From assembly GCA_028824015.1 (NCBI GenBank), contig JAPPFC010000030.1, forward strand, positions 98 through 64,097: 64,000 nt of DNA, in the 5' to 3' direction. A model generated the notes under the pieces. The model was not told the DNA's origin, did no database searches, and saw only the letters and a program-made list of their open reading frames with translations. Source of the stretch: a bacterium (GTDB lineage Bacteria > Actinomycetota > Acidimicrobiia > Spongiisociales > ZC4RG35). Positions 9,827 through 20,043 of the stretch are shown piece after piece. Made by a program: the position numbers and the translations under genes. The stretch's first letter is position 1; every line of letters begins with the position of its first letter.

Positions 9827-10795
9827 TCAGTTGTAGACCCCCGGGTTTGCGCACCACGGCAGGCGTCTTCCCGCAACGCCGGCCAGGAGGTTCTCGACGG
9901 CTCGGGTGGCCATGGCCAATCGGGTGCCGCGGCTTGCCGATCCCAGGTGGGGTATCACCAGGCAGTTGGGTAGGGAGAGCAACTCGTGGTCGGCGGGGAT
10001 GGGCTCGGGTTCGGTCACGTCGAGCGCCGCCGATCCGATCCGGCCGGACCGGAGAGCCTGGTAAAGCGCGGCGGGATCCACCAGGGGCCCGCGGGCGATG
10101 TTGACCAGGGTGGCGGTGGGTTTCATCCGGACAAGGGCGTCATGGTCGATCAGGTGATGGGTCTCGGGGGTGTAGGCGGCGGTGACCACCACGTGGTCGG
10201 CCTCCGAAAGGAGGTCTGCCAAGCCCCTGTAGGCGGCCCCCGTCTGCTCCTCCACCTCCGGCTTGGGTGACCGGGAGTTGTACACCACCCGCATCGAGAA
10301 CCCCGACGCCCTTCGGGCTACCGCCGCGCCTATCCTGCCCATTCCCACGATTCCGAGGGTGGTCCCCCACAGGTCGCTTCCCAGCAGGAGGTCCGGGTCC
10401 CACTCCTGCCAGTGGCCCCCTAGCACGTAGTCCCTTCCCTCGGGGATGCGCCGGGCGGCGGCGGCCAGGAGCGCCCAGGCCATGTCGGCGGTGGTCTCGG
10501 TGAGGACGTCGGGTGTGTGTCCAACCGGTATTCCCCGGCGGGTGCAGGCGTCCAGATCGATGTTGTCGACTCCCACCGCCATCTGGGACACGACAGTCAG
10601 TCGATTACCCGCCTCCAGAAACTCGTCATCCACGCGGTCGGTGAGCATGACAAGTGCTCCGTGGGCGTCTGCGATTCGCTCCAGGAGCAGCCTTCGGGGC
10701 ATGGTCCGGTTCTCCGGCCAGGTCCAGACCTCGTGTCCCTCCAGCAATTGTGCCGCTCGAGGACTGATGGGCCTGGTTATCAATACCCTCGCCAT
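9827..10795 (-). CDS. D-isomer-specific 2-hydroxyacid dehydrogenase (glyoxylate/hydroxypyruvate reductase-like)
   Basis: NAD-binding GIVGMGRIGAAVARR, plus catalytic-region residues typical of the family. Confidence 0.8.
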   Translation of the reverse strand: MARVLITRPISPRAAQLLEGHEVWTWPENRTMPRRLLLERIADAHGALVMLTDRVDDEFLEAGNRLTVVSQMAVGVDNIDLDACTRRGIPVGHTPDVLTETTADMAWALLAAAARRIPEGRDYVLGGHWQEWDPDLLLGSDLWGTTLGIVGMGRIGAAVARRASGFSMRVVYNSRSPKPEVEEQTGAAYRGLADLLSEADHVVVTAAYTPETHHLIDHDALVRMKPTATLVNIARGPLVDPAALYQALRSGRIGSAALDVTEPEPIPADHELLSLPNCLVIPHLGSASRGTRLAMATRAVENLLAGVAGRRLPWCANPGVYN

Positions 10796-10852
10796 GGCAC
10801 CCGAGAGGATACCTCTCCCTGTGGCGGCCAGGTTGGCGGACCCTGCGGAGGG

Positions 10853-12043
10853 TCAGCTGCGGGGGATGTCCTTCCAGGCCAACTCGAGGTCCACCCGCGG
10901 CTCCCGGGGCAGACCGAGGACCCGCTCCCCTATCACATTGCGCAGGATCTCCGAAGTCCCCCCTTCGATGGAATTGGCCCGAGAGCGGAGAAACTCCCAC
11001 TGCGGACTGTGGTCCACCGCCATGCTCTCGGGGGTCCGGAATTCGTATGCCTCCGGGTAGAGCATCCCTTCGGCGCCCATCATGTCCACCGCCCAGGCGA
11101 AGGTCTGCTTGCGCAATTCCGCCCACTGGAGCTTGAGGGTGGATCCCTCCGGTCCAGGCGTTCCTCGCAACCGGGCCATCCGGTCCCTCAGGCTGGTGAG
11201 TCTCAGGGCCTCGGCATCCACCCACAGCCGGATGAGCTCATCACGGCGGGCCTGGTCGTCGCTGCCCGAGTCGCGCCAGACCTCCACCGCGGTGGCGATC
11301 GCGCCTTCTCCCCGGGGGCTGATGCTCTCCCCGATAGTCACCCGTTCGTTCATGAGGGTGGTTATCGAGACTCGCCACCCCTCCCCCACTCCTCCCAGCC
11401 GGTTGGCCTCCGGGACTCGGGCATCGGTGAGATACACCTCATTGAACTCGGCCTCGCCGGTTATCTGGCGTAGTGGCCGCACCTCCACGCCGGGCTGGTC
11501 CATGTCGATGATGAAGTAAGTCATGCCCCTGTGTTTGGGGACCCCGGGATTGGTCCGGGCGGTGAGCAGCCCCCATTTGGCGGTGTGCCCGAGGGTCGTC
11601 CATACCTTCTGGCCGTTCACCACCCACTCCTCGCCGTCACGGACAGCGCGGGTTCCTATGCCGGCCGCGTCGGATCCCGCCCCCGGTTCACTGAAGAGCT
11701 GACACCAGATCTCCTCGGCGGTGAACAGCTTGCGCAGCCACCGGTCCCGCTGCTCTGGGGTTCCGTGGACCACCACCGTGGGGGCGGCCATCCCGTAGCC
11801 GATCAGGTTGCGGCCGATGTTGTCGGTGGGGGCTCCCGCCTGCGCCAGTGCGCTGGTCACCGAGGCGGCTTCGGCGGGAGAGGCTCCCATCCCTCCCATT
11901 CCCTCGGGGAAGGAGGGCCATGCCAGCCCCAGGTCGAACTGCGCGCCCCAGAACTCCTCCCTGCCGGTCTCCGTGGGAGGATGCTCCGACAGAAGCCGGT
12001 GAACCCGCTCCTCTATGGAATCTTTCTCGGAGGTGTCACTCAT
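10853..12043 (-). CDS. Acyl-CoA dehydrogenase
   Basis: ACAD fold motifs (YFIIDMDQPGVEVRPL, GGTSEILRNVIGERVLGLP). The ORF track starts at 12466, but the protein-like sequence begins at MSDTSEK (ATG at 12041-12043). The upstream 141 codons are GC-rich junk. Confidence 0.8.
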   Translation of the reverse strand: MSDTSEKDSIEERVHRLLSEHPPTETGREEFWGAQFDLGLAWPSFPEGMGGMGASPAEAASVTSALAQAGAPTDNIGRNLIGYGMAAPTVVVHGTPEQRDRWLRKLFTAEEIWCQLFSEPGAGSDAAGIGTRAVRDGEEWVVNGQKVWTTLGHTAKWGLLTARTNPGVPKHRGMTYFIIDMDQPGVEVRPLRQITGEAEFNEVYLTDARVPEANRLGGVGEGWRVSITTLMNERVTIGESISPRGEGAIATAVEVWRDSGSDDQARRDELIRLWVDAEALRLTSLRDRMARLRGTPGPEGSTLKLQWAELRKQTFAWAVDMMGAEGMLYPEAYEFRTPESMAVDHSPQWEFLRSRANSIEGGTSEILRNVIGERVLGLPREPRVDLELAWKDIPRS

Positions 12044-12057
12044 CTCGGCCTTCCTGT

Positions 12058-12912
12058 TCAGGACACCCACATGGCCGCGTTGGAGAGGACGGTCCCCTCC
12101 CGTCCCTCGACAGACGCTTCCAGGAGGACCTTCTCCTCTTCTTCCCACATGCGGGTGACCACGGTCTCTCCGGGGAACACCACTCCTGTGAATCGGGCCC
12201 GGTAGCGTCGAGCCCTCGCCGGATCGCCGCCCAGCACGGCGTCGACCGCAGCCTTGCAGACTATCCCGTAGGTGCACAGGCCGTGGAGGATGGGACGGTC
12301 GAATCCTCCCAGGGCGGCGAAGGCCGGGTCGGCATGCAGGGGGTTCTTGTCTCCCGACAGGCGGTACAGCAAGGCCTGCTGAGGCAGGGTGGGTGATCGG
12401 ACTATGTGATCGGGTGATCGCGACGGAGCCTGATGTCCGGCCTTCGGGCCCGGGTCTCCTCCCCATCCTCCTTCTCCCCGAATGAAGAGCGAGGCGCGGT
12501 TGGTGAAAAGCAACTCCCCGGTCCGGCGGTCCGTGGACGTCACTTCCACCACCATCAGGGCTGCTCGGCCCTTGTCGTAGATGTGGGCGATGCGGGGCCG
12601 GCTGACCACCTCGCCGCTTGGCGGGATCGGTCGTTCGATCTCCAGGTCCTGCTCCCCGTGCAGCAGCAGCGCCCAGTTGATGTCCACCCCCCGGGCGGCA
12701 CCAATCGCAGCCATGGAGGTGGAGGCCGCGATCGTCCCGAAGGAGGGCAGCACCGCCAGGTCGCCTTCGTATGCATAGGAGAGTTCCCGGGGATCGGTGG
12801 GGGGCGACCCGGCGCCCAATCCAAGTTGATAGAGGATCACCCGGTCCTCGTCCCAGGAGAAATTGCGGGCCGGGAGTTCGGACGCCAGCGCGGCCTCGAC
12901 ATCGATGGGCAA
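12058..12912 (-). CDS. MaoC-like (R)-specific enoyl-CoA hydratase/dehydratase, double hotdog
   Basis: C-terminal GDKNPLHADPAFAALGGFDRPILHGLCTYG is the MaoC dehydratase signature. It ends 14 nt before the ACAD start. Confidence 0.75.
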   Translation of the reverse strand: MPIDVEAALASELPARNFSWDEDRVILYQLGLGAGSPPTDPRELSYAYEGDLAVLPSFGTIAASTSMAAIGAARGVDINWALLLHGEQDLEIERPIPPSGEVVSRPRIAHIYDKGRAALMVVEVTSTDRRTGELLFTNRASLFIRGEGGWGGDPGPKAGHQAPSRSPDHIVRSPTLPQQALLYRLSGDKNPLHADPAFAALGGFDRPILHGLCTYGIVCKAAVDAVLGGDPARARRYRARFTGVVFPGETVVTRMWEEEEKVLLEASVEGREGTVLSNAAMWVS

Positions 12913-12913
12913 C

Positions 12914-13819
12914 TCAGCCTCCCATCGCCTTGCCGATCAGCATGATCTCCTCGGTGGAGCTCATCGGGACCTCGTAGGCGGAGATGTCCCGGATCTCATC
13001 GAGATGATCGCGGACCTCCTCCACCGAAGGCACTACCTTCATCCCCGAGAACCAGCCCTGGTTGGTGCCGATGAAGATGCGTCCGTAGCGGCCCCCTCCG
13101 GCGGTGAAGATCTCATGGGTGTACTGGTTGGCTTCCGAGCACAGATACACCACCATGGGTGTGACCTGGTCCGGATCAACCAACTCGGTGAGGGGTCCCA
13201 GAAGCTCCTCGGTGAGACGGGTCCGGGCAACCGGCGCGATCACGTTGGACTTGATGTTGTACTTGGCGCCTTCGATGGCCAGAACGTTGGAGAACCCCAC
13301 CAGCCCGGCCTTGGCCGCGCCGTAGTTGGTCTGTCCGAAATTGCCGAAGATCCCGGCGTTGGAGGAGGTGAACACGAACCGCCCGTACCCCTTCTCCTTC
13401 ATGATCGGAAAGGCCGGCAACGAGACATAGAAGGCGCCCAGCAGATGGACCTCCATGACGGCCTGCAATTCATCGACAGTCAGGTTGCCGAAGCTCCGGT
13501 CCCGGAGAATCCCGGCGTTGTTGATCACCACGTCCACGGTTCCGAAGGCTTCGACGGCGGTTTGAACGATCCCCGCCCCGCTCTCGGGGGTGGCGACCGA
13601 ATCGTAGTTCGCCACCGCCTCCCCGCCTCGGTCGACGATCTCCTGGACCACCAGGTCTGCCGGGCGGTTGGAGCCGCCCGTCCCGTCGATGGCTCCCCCC
13701 AGGTCGTTGACCACCACCCGGGCTCCGCGGCGGGCAAGCTCCAGCGCGTAACTGCGACCCAGGCCGCCACCCGCGCCCGTGACGATGGCCACCCTTTGGT
13801 CGAATGTGATATCGGACAA
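12914..13819 (-). CDS. SDR-family 3-hydroxyacyl-CoA dehydrogenase-like oxidoreductase
   Basis: TGAGGGLG Rossmann motif, NNAG, YGAAK catalytic motif. Confidence 0.8.
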   Translation of the reverse strand: MSDITFDQRVAIVTGAGGGLGRSYALELARRGARVVVNDLGGAIDGTGGSNRPADLVVQEIVDRGGEAVANYDSVATPESGAGIVQTAVEAFGTVDVVINNAGILRDRSFGNLTVDELQAVMEVHLLGAFYVSLPAFPIMKEKGYGRFVFTSSNAGIFGNFGQTNYGAAKAGLVGFSNVLAIEGAKYNIKSNVIAPVARTRLTEELLGPLTELVDPDQVTPMVVYLCSEANQYTHEIFTAGGGRYGRIFIGTNQGWFSGMKVVPSVEEVRDHLDEIRDISAYEVPMSSTEEIMLIGKAMGG

Positions 13820-13847
13820 AGCCAGGTCTCCTGTCTCTTTGAGGGGT

Positions 13848-15704
13848 TTAGGTGGTCTCTTCCTGATAGAGATCGTCGATCAGACCGGAGTACTTGTTGA
13901 GCACGACATGGCGTCTGACTTTCATGGTGGGGGTGATCTCGCCGGAATCGGGGTCCCACACGTCCGGTACGATGGCAGTCTTCTTGATCTGCTCGGCCCG
14001 GGCGACCATGAGATTGGCCTCCTCCACGGTGGAGGTTATCTCCGCCACGACCTCGGGATGGCTGGTGAGACCCGCCCAGTCGTCAGCGGCTATGCCTTTC
14101 TGCTCGGCCCAGCCGGGTGTCTCCTGGGGGTCGAGCGAAACCAGCATGGTCAGGTAGGGCCGGTTGTCCCCCACCATGCACACCCCCGCAACCAGGGGGT
14201 GACTGGAAAGGGCTGTCTCCAGAGTGGCAGGCGCCACGTTCTTTCCGGAGGAGGTGATGATGATCTCCTTCTTCCTTCCCACCACCTTCAGGTTTCCGGC
14301 ATCGTCCCACTCCCCCAGGTCTCCCGAGTAGAGCCATCCGTCCTCGGAGAAGGTGCTGGAGGTCTCCTGGGGCATGCGGTAGTAGCCGGCGGTCACCACT
14401 CCTCCCCTCACCCGGATCTCGCCGTCCTCGACGGTCTCGACCTCCACTCCCATGAAGGGCCTGCCCACCGTGCCCAGGGCTGGGTTGTCGGGGGTCGTGC
14501 AGGTGGACGGGCCGGTGTTCTCGCTCATCCCGTATACCTCGTAGAGCGGCACCCCCAGGGCGTGGAAGAAGACCAGGAGGTCTCGGCTGATCGGCGCGGC
14601 GGCGGTCACCGCCAACTGCAGTTCGTCCATCCCGAGGCGCGCCCTGATCTTGGAGAAGATGATCCGGTCGAACAGGGCGTGCTTGATCCGGCTGCCCAGG
14701 GAGGCTTTCTTCCCCGACACCCGGCCCTCCACCACGGCCTTGCCGTTGGCGATGGCCTTCATCACCAGGTCGCGGCGCTTCGGATCGGCCTCCAGGGCCT
14801 CGAGCAGCCGAGCCTGGAACTTCTCCCAGACCCGCGGCACGCCCAGGAAGGCCTGGGGGCGGCAGGCCCGCGCATAGTCGGCCACCTGGGTGAGGTCGGG
14901 GCAGTAGTAGATCTCCCCGGCCGCGTAGATGGGTATGTAGTGGGTGCCGGCCCGCGTGGCGATGTGGGCGAAGGGAAGGTAGGCAAGGGTTCTGACATGG
15001 TCGGGCATGTCCAGGGTCGAGAAGATGCACTCGGCGGTCCAGGCCACGTTGCGGTGGGTGATCATCACCCCCTTGGGGTGGCCGGTGGTGCCCGAGGTGT
15101 AGATCAGGGTGGCCAGATCGGAGGGCGTCACCTCCGCGGCGGAACTGGTCACCGTGTCGGGATCGGAGGCCAGGTGTTCGGCGCCCCGGGCCAGGAGCGC
15201 CTCCCAGGAGGTGACGCCGTCGGGGAGGTCGTCTTCCGAGGCATCCAGGAGGACGACATGCTCCAGCCGGGGAAGCTGTGCCCGGACCGCCTCCCAGCGC
15301 TCCAGCACCTCCCGGTTCTCCAGGATGGCCACCTTCACTCCGGCCTGGTGGCCGATGTAGGCGATCTGGGGAGGGGCGAGGGTGTCATAGAAGGTGATTG
15401 GAACCGCTCCGGTGTGGACGATCCCCAGGTCGGCGATGGCATGCTCGGGCCGGACGCCGGCCATGATCCCCACGAAGTCGCCTTTTCCCACTCCCAGGGT
15501 CTGCAAGCCTGCTGCGGCTTGGTGGGAGACGCCCCGCATTTCCTCCCAGGTGAGGCTTGCCCACTCCCCGTCCCCGCCCTGCCACCGGGCAGCGGAGCGC
15601 TCGGGGTGGTTGTCCGCCGCGCGGTCGAGAAGGTCCACCAGGGTTAGACCCTCCACGGCCTCGTCGATCCGGCGGCGCTCGGATTGCAGGTTTCGGTCAT
15701 TCAT
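13848..15704 (-). CDS. Long-chain fatty-acid--CoA ligase (AMP-binding)
   Basis: YTSGTTGHPKGV AMP-binding motif, YGMSE, GDLGEWD, 618 aa. Confidence 0.85.
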   Translation of the reverse strand: MNDRNLQSERRRIDEAVEGLTLVDLLDRAADNHPERSAARWQGGDGEWASLTWEEMRGVSHQAAAGLQTLGVGKGDFVGIMAGVRPEHAIADLGIVHTGAVPITFYDTLAPPQIAYIGHQAGVKVAILENREVLERWEAVRAQLPRLEHVVLLDASEDDLPDGVTSWEALLARGAEHLASDPDTVTSSAAEVTPSDLATLIYTSGTTGHPKGVMITHRNVAWTAECIFSTLDMPDHVRTLAYLPFAHIATRAGTHYIPIYAAGEIYYCPDLTQVADYARACRPQAFLGVPRVWEKFQARLLEALEADPKRRDLVMKAIANGKAVVEGRVSGKKASLGSRIKHALFDRIIFSKIRARLGMDELQLAVTAAAPISRDLLVFFHALGVPLYEVYGMSENTGPSTCTTPDNPALGTVGRPFMGVEVETVEDGEIRVRGGVVTAGYYRMPQETSSTFSEDGWLYSGDLGEWDDAGNLKVVGRKKEIIITSSGKNVAPATLETALSSHPLVAGVCMVGDNRPYLTMLVSLDPQETPGWAEQKGIAADDWAGLTSHPEVVAEITSTVEEANLMVARAEQIKKTAIVPDVWDPDSGEITPTMKVRRHVVLNKYSGLIDDLYQEETT

Positions 15705-15725
15705 TTCTCGGTCATCCTTTATCAG

Positions 15726-16847
15726 TCAAACAACAACGCCTTCGTCCCGAAGTTTATCTATCTGCGCGGGTGAAAGCCCGAGGTCAGCCAGGATCCCGTT
15801 GGTGTGTTCTCCACGGGTCGGGGCCGGAGACGGGGATCCGGCGACGGTTTCGGAGAACCGCGGCGCCGGGGCGGGCTGCGTCCACCCTCCCACCTCTATG
15901 AAAGTCGATCGCGCCCGGGTGTGAGGGTGCCGGGTGGCCTCGGTCAGACTGAGCACCGGCGAGACGCAGGCGTCGCCATCGGCGAACTCCTCCGCCCACT
16001 CGTCGCGGCTCTTGGTGCGAAAGGTCTCCGCCAGGCGCCGGCGGAGTTCCGGCCATCCACTCGGGTCGAACCGGTGAGGCAGGCCGCCGCGGTCCACGCC
16101 CAGTCGGGAGCACATCTCCTCGAGGAACTTCTCCTCGAGGCAGCCCACCGCCACGTGCCGGCCGTCCGAGGTCTCGTACACGTCATAGAAGGGCGCCGCG
16201 CCGTCCAGGAAGTTGGACCGGCGCCGCGCTGTCCACCAACCGCCCGCCAACCCGGCGTGCATGATGGCGGTGAGAAGGGCGGTCCCGTCCAGCATGGCGG
16301 CGTCGACGACCTGTCCCTGCCCGGTGGTGCGGGCCGACACCAGCGCGGCCAGCACCCCCGAGACCAGCAGCATCCCTCCCCCGCCGTAGTCGGCGATCAG
16401 GTTCAGTGGGACCGCGGGCCGTTCCGGAGCGCCGATCGAATGCAGGGCTCCCGCTATCGCAATGTAGTTGATGTCGTGACCGGCCGTATGCGACAGCGGT
16501 CCTTCCTGTCCCCAGCCGGTGATCCGCCCGTATACCAGTTGCGGATTCCGCTCCAGACAAGCGTCGGGACCCACGCCGAGGCGCTCGGCCACCCCGGGTC
16601 TGAAGCCTTCGATGAGTATGTCGGCCCTCTCCGCCAGCCCTAAGGCAAGTTCGGTACCTTCCGGCATCTTGAGATCAACTACGATCGAGCGCTTGCCCCG
16701 ATTGAGGATCACCTGGCCCGCCGCGTAGTCCACTCCCCCGCTCGGGCGGTCCACCAGCGTCACGTCGGCGCCCAGATCGGCTAGGACCATGCCGGCGAAC
16801 GGTCCCGGTCCCAGTCCCGCCAGTTCGATCACCGAGACTCCCGCCAA
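15726..16847 (-). CDS. CoA-transferase family III (CaiB/BaiF / alpha-methylacyl-CoA racemase-like)
   Basis: N-terminal VIELAGLGPGPFAGMVLADLGADV and overall length and composition of family III CoA transferases. Confidence 0.75.
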   Translation of the reverse strand: MAGVSVIELAGLGPGPFAGMVLADLGADVTLVDRPSGGVDYAAGQVILNRGKRSIVVDLKMPEGTELALGLAERADILIEGFRPGVAERLGVGPDACLERNPQLVYGRITGWGQEGPLSHTAGHDINYIAIAGALHSIGAPERPAVPLNLIADYGGGGMLLVSGVLAALVSARTTGQGQVVDAAMLDGTALLTAIMHAGLAGGWWTARRRSNFLDGAAPFYDVYETSDGRHVAVGCLEEKFLEEMCSRLGVDRGGLPHRFDPSGWPELRRRLAETFRTKSRDEWAEEFADGDACVSPVLSLTEATRHPHTRARSTFIEVGGWTQPAPAPRFSETVAGSPSPAPTRGEHTNGILADLGLSPAQIDKLRDEGVVV

Positions 16848-16899
16848 GGGTCCCGGACCGCGGGAAGCGTGAGATCGGTCTGGCTGTCCGATGGTGTGC

Positions 16900-18000
16900 C
16901 TACCCCTCGGGTCTGTCGTTCTCTTCCAACTCCACCACCAGTTCGTGTCGGCGACGAGAGGTGGAGATCAAGGACTGCACGATGGCGGCCACCGGCAGGG
17001 CCAGCACCGCCCCCAAAGCCCCCAGGAGGGATCCGCCGGCGATCACCGCTCCCACCGAGACCGCGGGATGGATGGCCATGGTGCGGGAGGTGACCCGGGG
17101 AGCGATCACCAGGTTCTCGATCTGCTGATAGGCAATGATGAGCACCAGCACCCACAGCGCGGTGATCGGGTTTTCGAGGAGGGCGATTACCACCGGCAGC
17201 GCTCCTCCGATGTAGGTTCCGATCACCGGCATGAACTGGGACAGCACTCCCACCCAGATTCCCAGGGCCACCGGGTAGGGCACCGACAGGAAGGCAAGCG
17301 CCGTGGCCGTGACCGCCGCCGACACCACCGCCAGGATCAGTCGCGAATAGACGTACCCTCCGGTCTTCTCTATGGACACTTCCCAGATCCGGAGGAGCAG
17401 GCGCTGGCGGGGGCCCGGGAAGAGCGACAACACCAGACGGAGCATCTTGGGCGCCTCCGCCACCATGTAAAAGGCAAAGAGCAGAATGGTCACCCCCTGG
17501 AAGACGACGTTGGCCAGGGTGCTCCCCACCGCCAGCACTCCCCCGGCGACCTGGCTTCCGTACTTCTGCAGGAGCGATCCCAGGTCTTCCAGTTGGGAGC
17601 GGATCTGGACATCCAGCAGGTCGATGTCCATGAACCTTCCCAGCCAACTCTCTATGGTGGATAGATAGTCGGGTAGGTTGGCTGCGATGGCGGCGGTCTG
17701 GTTGATGAAGAGCGGCAGCAGGGAGGCCAGGAACAGGGCTGCCAGGACGAAAGCCGCCAGGAAGACCACCGCGGTTGCCCAGTGGCGGTTCCATCTCCTC
17801 TTCTCCAGCCAGTCCACCGCGGGACCGAGGGCCACCGCCAGGAAGAGTGCGATGAAGATCATCAGCAGGAGGGTGGCCAATTGCAGGATCACCCAGACCA
17901 CCGCCGCCACTCCCAGCAGGGTTGCACAGGCGGTGATCAGCCAACGATTTAGCCAGGGAGGAGGCTGGGCAGACGGGGTGGGTTTGTCTTCCAGCGCCAC
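16900..18000 (-). CDS. AI-2E family transporter (PerM/UPF0118)
   Basis: 366-aa polytopic membrane protein with the AI-2E pattern (FMPVIGTYIGGALPVVIAL..., LVIAPRV). Confidence 0.7.
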   Translation of the reverse strand: MALEDKPTPSAQPPPWLNRWLITACATLLGVAAVVWVILQLATLLLMIFIALFLAVALGPAVDWLEKRRWNRHWATAVVFLAAFVLAALFLASLLPLFINQTAAIAANLPDYLSTIESWLGRFMDIDLLDVQIRSQLEDLGSLLQKYGSQVAGGVLAVGSTLANVVFQGVTILLFAFYMVAEAPKMLRLVLSLFPGPRQRLLLRIWEVSIEKTGGYVYSRLILAVVSAAVTATALAFLSVPYPVALGIWVGVLSQFMPVIGTYIGGALPVVIALLENPITALWVLVLIIAYQQIENLVIAPRVTSRTMAIHPAVSVGAVIAGGSLLGALGAVLALPVAAIVQSLISTSRRRHELVVELEENDRPEG

Positions 18001-18083
18001 GGGACTCCAGTGTACCTTAAAAGGGGAAACCGGGGAGGGAGTGCTCCCGCCCCGGTCGTCCGGTTGAGTAGGTCCTGATCAGG

Positions 18084-18959
18084 TCAGGGCTTCTCTATGG
18101 GCACCCCCACGGTGTTGCCGTACTCGGTCCAGGACCCGTCGTAGTTGCGGACGTTCTCGAACCCCAGAAGATGGGTGAGCACGAACCAGGTGTGGCTGGA
18201 TCTCTCCCCGATCCGGCAGTAGGTGATCACTTCGTCGCCCGATGACAGGCCGATCTCGCTCTCGTAGATGGATCTCAGTTCATCGGCGTCCTTGAAGGTG
18301 CCGTCGTCGTTTGCGGCCCGCTTCCAGGGCACGTTGTTGGCCGCCGGGATATGCCCGCCTCGGGTGGCTCCCTCGTTCGGGTATCCGGGCATGTGGAGAC
18401 GCTCCCCGCGGAACTCCTCGGGAGACCGGACGTCCACCAGCGGGTTCCCGGCCTTGGAGTGGTCGAGAACCAGGGGAAGGAAGGCGCGGATTTGCGAGTC
18501 GTCCCGGTCGACCTCCGGGTAGTCGGCGGCGTCACGCTGGGTGGGGGCGGTGGTGAGCGGACGGCCCTCCTCTTCCCACTTCATGCGTCCGCCGTCCAGG
18601 ATCCGCACGTCGCGGTGACCGAACAGCGAGACCACCCACAGGGCGTAAGTGGCCCACCAGTTGAAATTGTCTCCGTAGAAGACCAGGGTGGAGTCAGGAC
18701 TGATTCCCTTGCTGCCCATCACCGCTGAAAAACCGTCGCTACCCAGGTAGTCCCTGATCAAGGGGTGGTTGAGATCAAGATGCCAGTCGAGGTTGACCGC
18801 TCCGGGGATGTGCCCGGTGTCGTAGAGGAGGGGATCCTCGTTCGACTCCACCGGTATGACGTTCGGGTCATCCAGATGCTCGGCCAACCACTCGGTGGTG
18901 ACCAGCATTCCGGGGTGGGCGTAGGCGGAAAACTTGGGGTTGGGTGCGGTGTCAGACAT
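18084..18959 (-). CDS. sseA: Thiosulfate/3-mercaptopyruvate sulfurtransferase (tandem rhodanese)
   Basis: Two rhodanese domains. Active-site CRIGERSS with the catalytic Cys. Confidence 0.85.
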   Translation of the reverse strand: MSDTAPNPKFSAYAHPGMLVTTEWLAEHLDDPNVIPVESNEDPLLYDTGHIPGAVNLDWHLDLNHPLIRDYLGSDGFSAVMGSKGISPDSTLVFYGDNFNWWATYALWVVSLFGHRDVRILDGGRMKWEEEGRPLTTAPTQRDAADYPEVDRDDSQIRAFLPLVLDHSKAGNPLVDVRSPEEFRGERLHMPGYPNEGATRGGHIPAANNVPWKRAANDDGTFKDADELRSIYESEIGLSSGDEVITYCRIGERSSHTWFVLTHLLGFENVRNYDGSWTEYGNTVGVPIEKP

Positions 18960-19062
18960 GCTTCTTCTCCGGGTTGAGGCTGCAGGGGAAAGGTCGAGGC
19001 CGTGTTACTACTTAGGCTTTAACCCTACGGGTACTGTGAGTATTCCCGCCCCGGCCAGTGTT

Positions 19063-19518
19063 ATGATTCCTCGGATCATGGCCCTTCCCGCCCGCTTGGA
19101 ACGGACGCTCACCCTTTTGAAGAACACTCCCAGGTCCATACGCGGGCATGCCCTGCTGGATTTCTCCCGCACTCTCCCGCCTCTCCCTCCGGAATACCAC
19201 GGTGAAATGAAGGACCAGTTGGAGCGAGTGGTCGAGTGTCAAACCCCCTTTTTCCTGGCCACCCGCCTGGAGGACGACCAGACGGTGAGGATCTTCTTCG
19301 ACGCGCCTCCCCAGTCTCCCACCATCCGCGGGTACGCCGGGTTACTGGCCGTGGGACTGGACGGCGAATCCGCCCAGGCGGTGCTGGATCTGCCCGAGGA
19401 CTTCTATTACGGCGTGGGCCTGGAGGAAGTGGTCTCGCCGCTCCGCCTGCGGGGAATGGGTGCGATCGTGGCCACGTTGAAGAACCAGGTCAGAAGACAT
19501 CTGGAGCAGGCTGCCTGA
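19063..19518 (+). CDS. SufE-like / Fe-S metabolism-associated domain protein
   Basis: ~151 aa after trimming to MIPRIMALP. Arranged with sseA as in the mycobacterial sseA/SufE-like pair. The track ORF start at 18934 would overlap sseA. Confidence 0.55.
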   Translation: MIPRIMALPARLERTLTLLKNTPRSIRGHALLDFSRTLPPLPPEYHGEMKDQLERVVECQTPFFLATRLEDDQTVRIFFDAPPQSPTIRGYAGLLAVGLDGESAQAVLDLPEDFYYGVGLEEVVSPLRLRGMGAIVATLKNQVRRHLEQAA

Positions 19519-19539
19519 AACTCGATCGGTGCTGAGATC

Positions 19540-20043
19540 GTGTCCGGCCGACTAGACCCCTGGGACCGTGCAATCTATAAGGCCCTGCAGGAAGGCGGTG
19601 CTGGGTCGGGGACGCTGGATTTGGAGGGGCTGTCGGCGGCGTCGGGGCTCCCCGTCACTGTCCTGGAGGCGCTGGAGAGGCTGGGAATCCTCATCCCCGA
19701 GAGCGTCTCCCCCACCAGGCTCTACAGCAGTCAGGACGCCTCCGCCCTGCGGGCCGGCAAGATGCTCCTCGAAAGAGGAGTGCCTCTCGATGAGTTGATG
19801 GCGCTGGCCACCCAAATGGACGAGGCGATGCGTCCCGTGGCGGAGCGGACGGTGGAGGTCTTCGCCCGTTTCGTGCGAGATTCGGTGGAGTTCACCGCAG
19901 GGTCGGATCAGGAAGCCTCCGAACGGTTGGTGGAGGCGTACCAGACCATGATGAGCGCGGCCGGTGAACTGGTGGCGGGCCACTTCAGGAGGGTGCTCCT
20001 GCAGACCGCTCGAGCCGCGTTGGAGAGACCCATCGTCCTGTGA
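19540..20043 (+). CDS. Hypothetical protein, translationally coupled to menF
   Basis: 167-aa ORF. Its stop overlaps the menF GTG start (GTGA). No recognisable family. Confidence 0.45.
   Translation: MSGRLDPWDRAIYKALQEGGAGSGTLDLEGLSAASGLPVTVLEALERLGILIPESVSPTRLYSSQDASALRAGKMLLERGVPLDELMALATQMDEAMRPVAERTVEVFARFVRDSVEFTAGSDQEASERLVEAYQTMMSAAGELVAGHFRRVLLQTARAALERPIVL

Noticed and set aside
10517-11473. 318-aa plus-strand ORF
   Set aside because: Antisense shadow of the acyl-CoA dehydrogenase gene, with low-complexity composition.
13779-15647. 622-aa plus-strand ORF
   Set aside because: Antisense to the fatty-acid-CoA ligase. Gly/Val/His-rich junk typical of high-GC reverse frames.
16829-17944. 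371-aa and 257-aa ORFs overlapping the AI-2E transporter
   Set aside because: Shadow ORFs with Arg/Gly/Pro low complexity. The AI-2E frame has clear TM helices.
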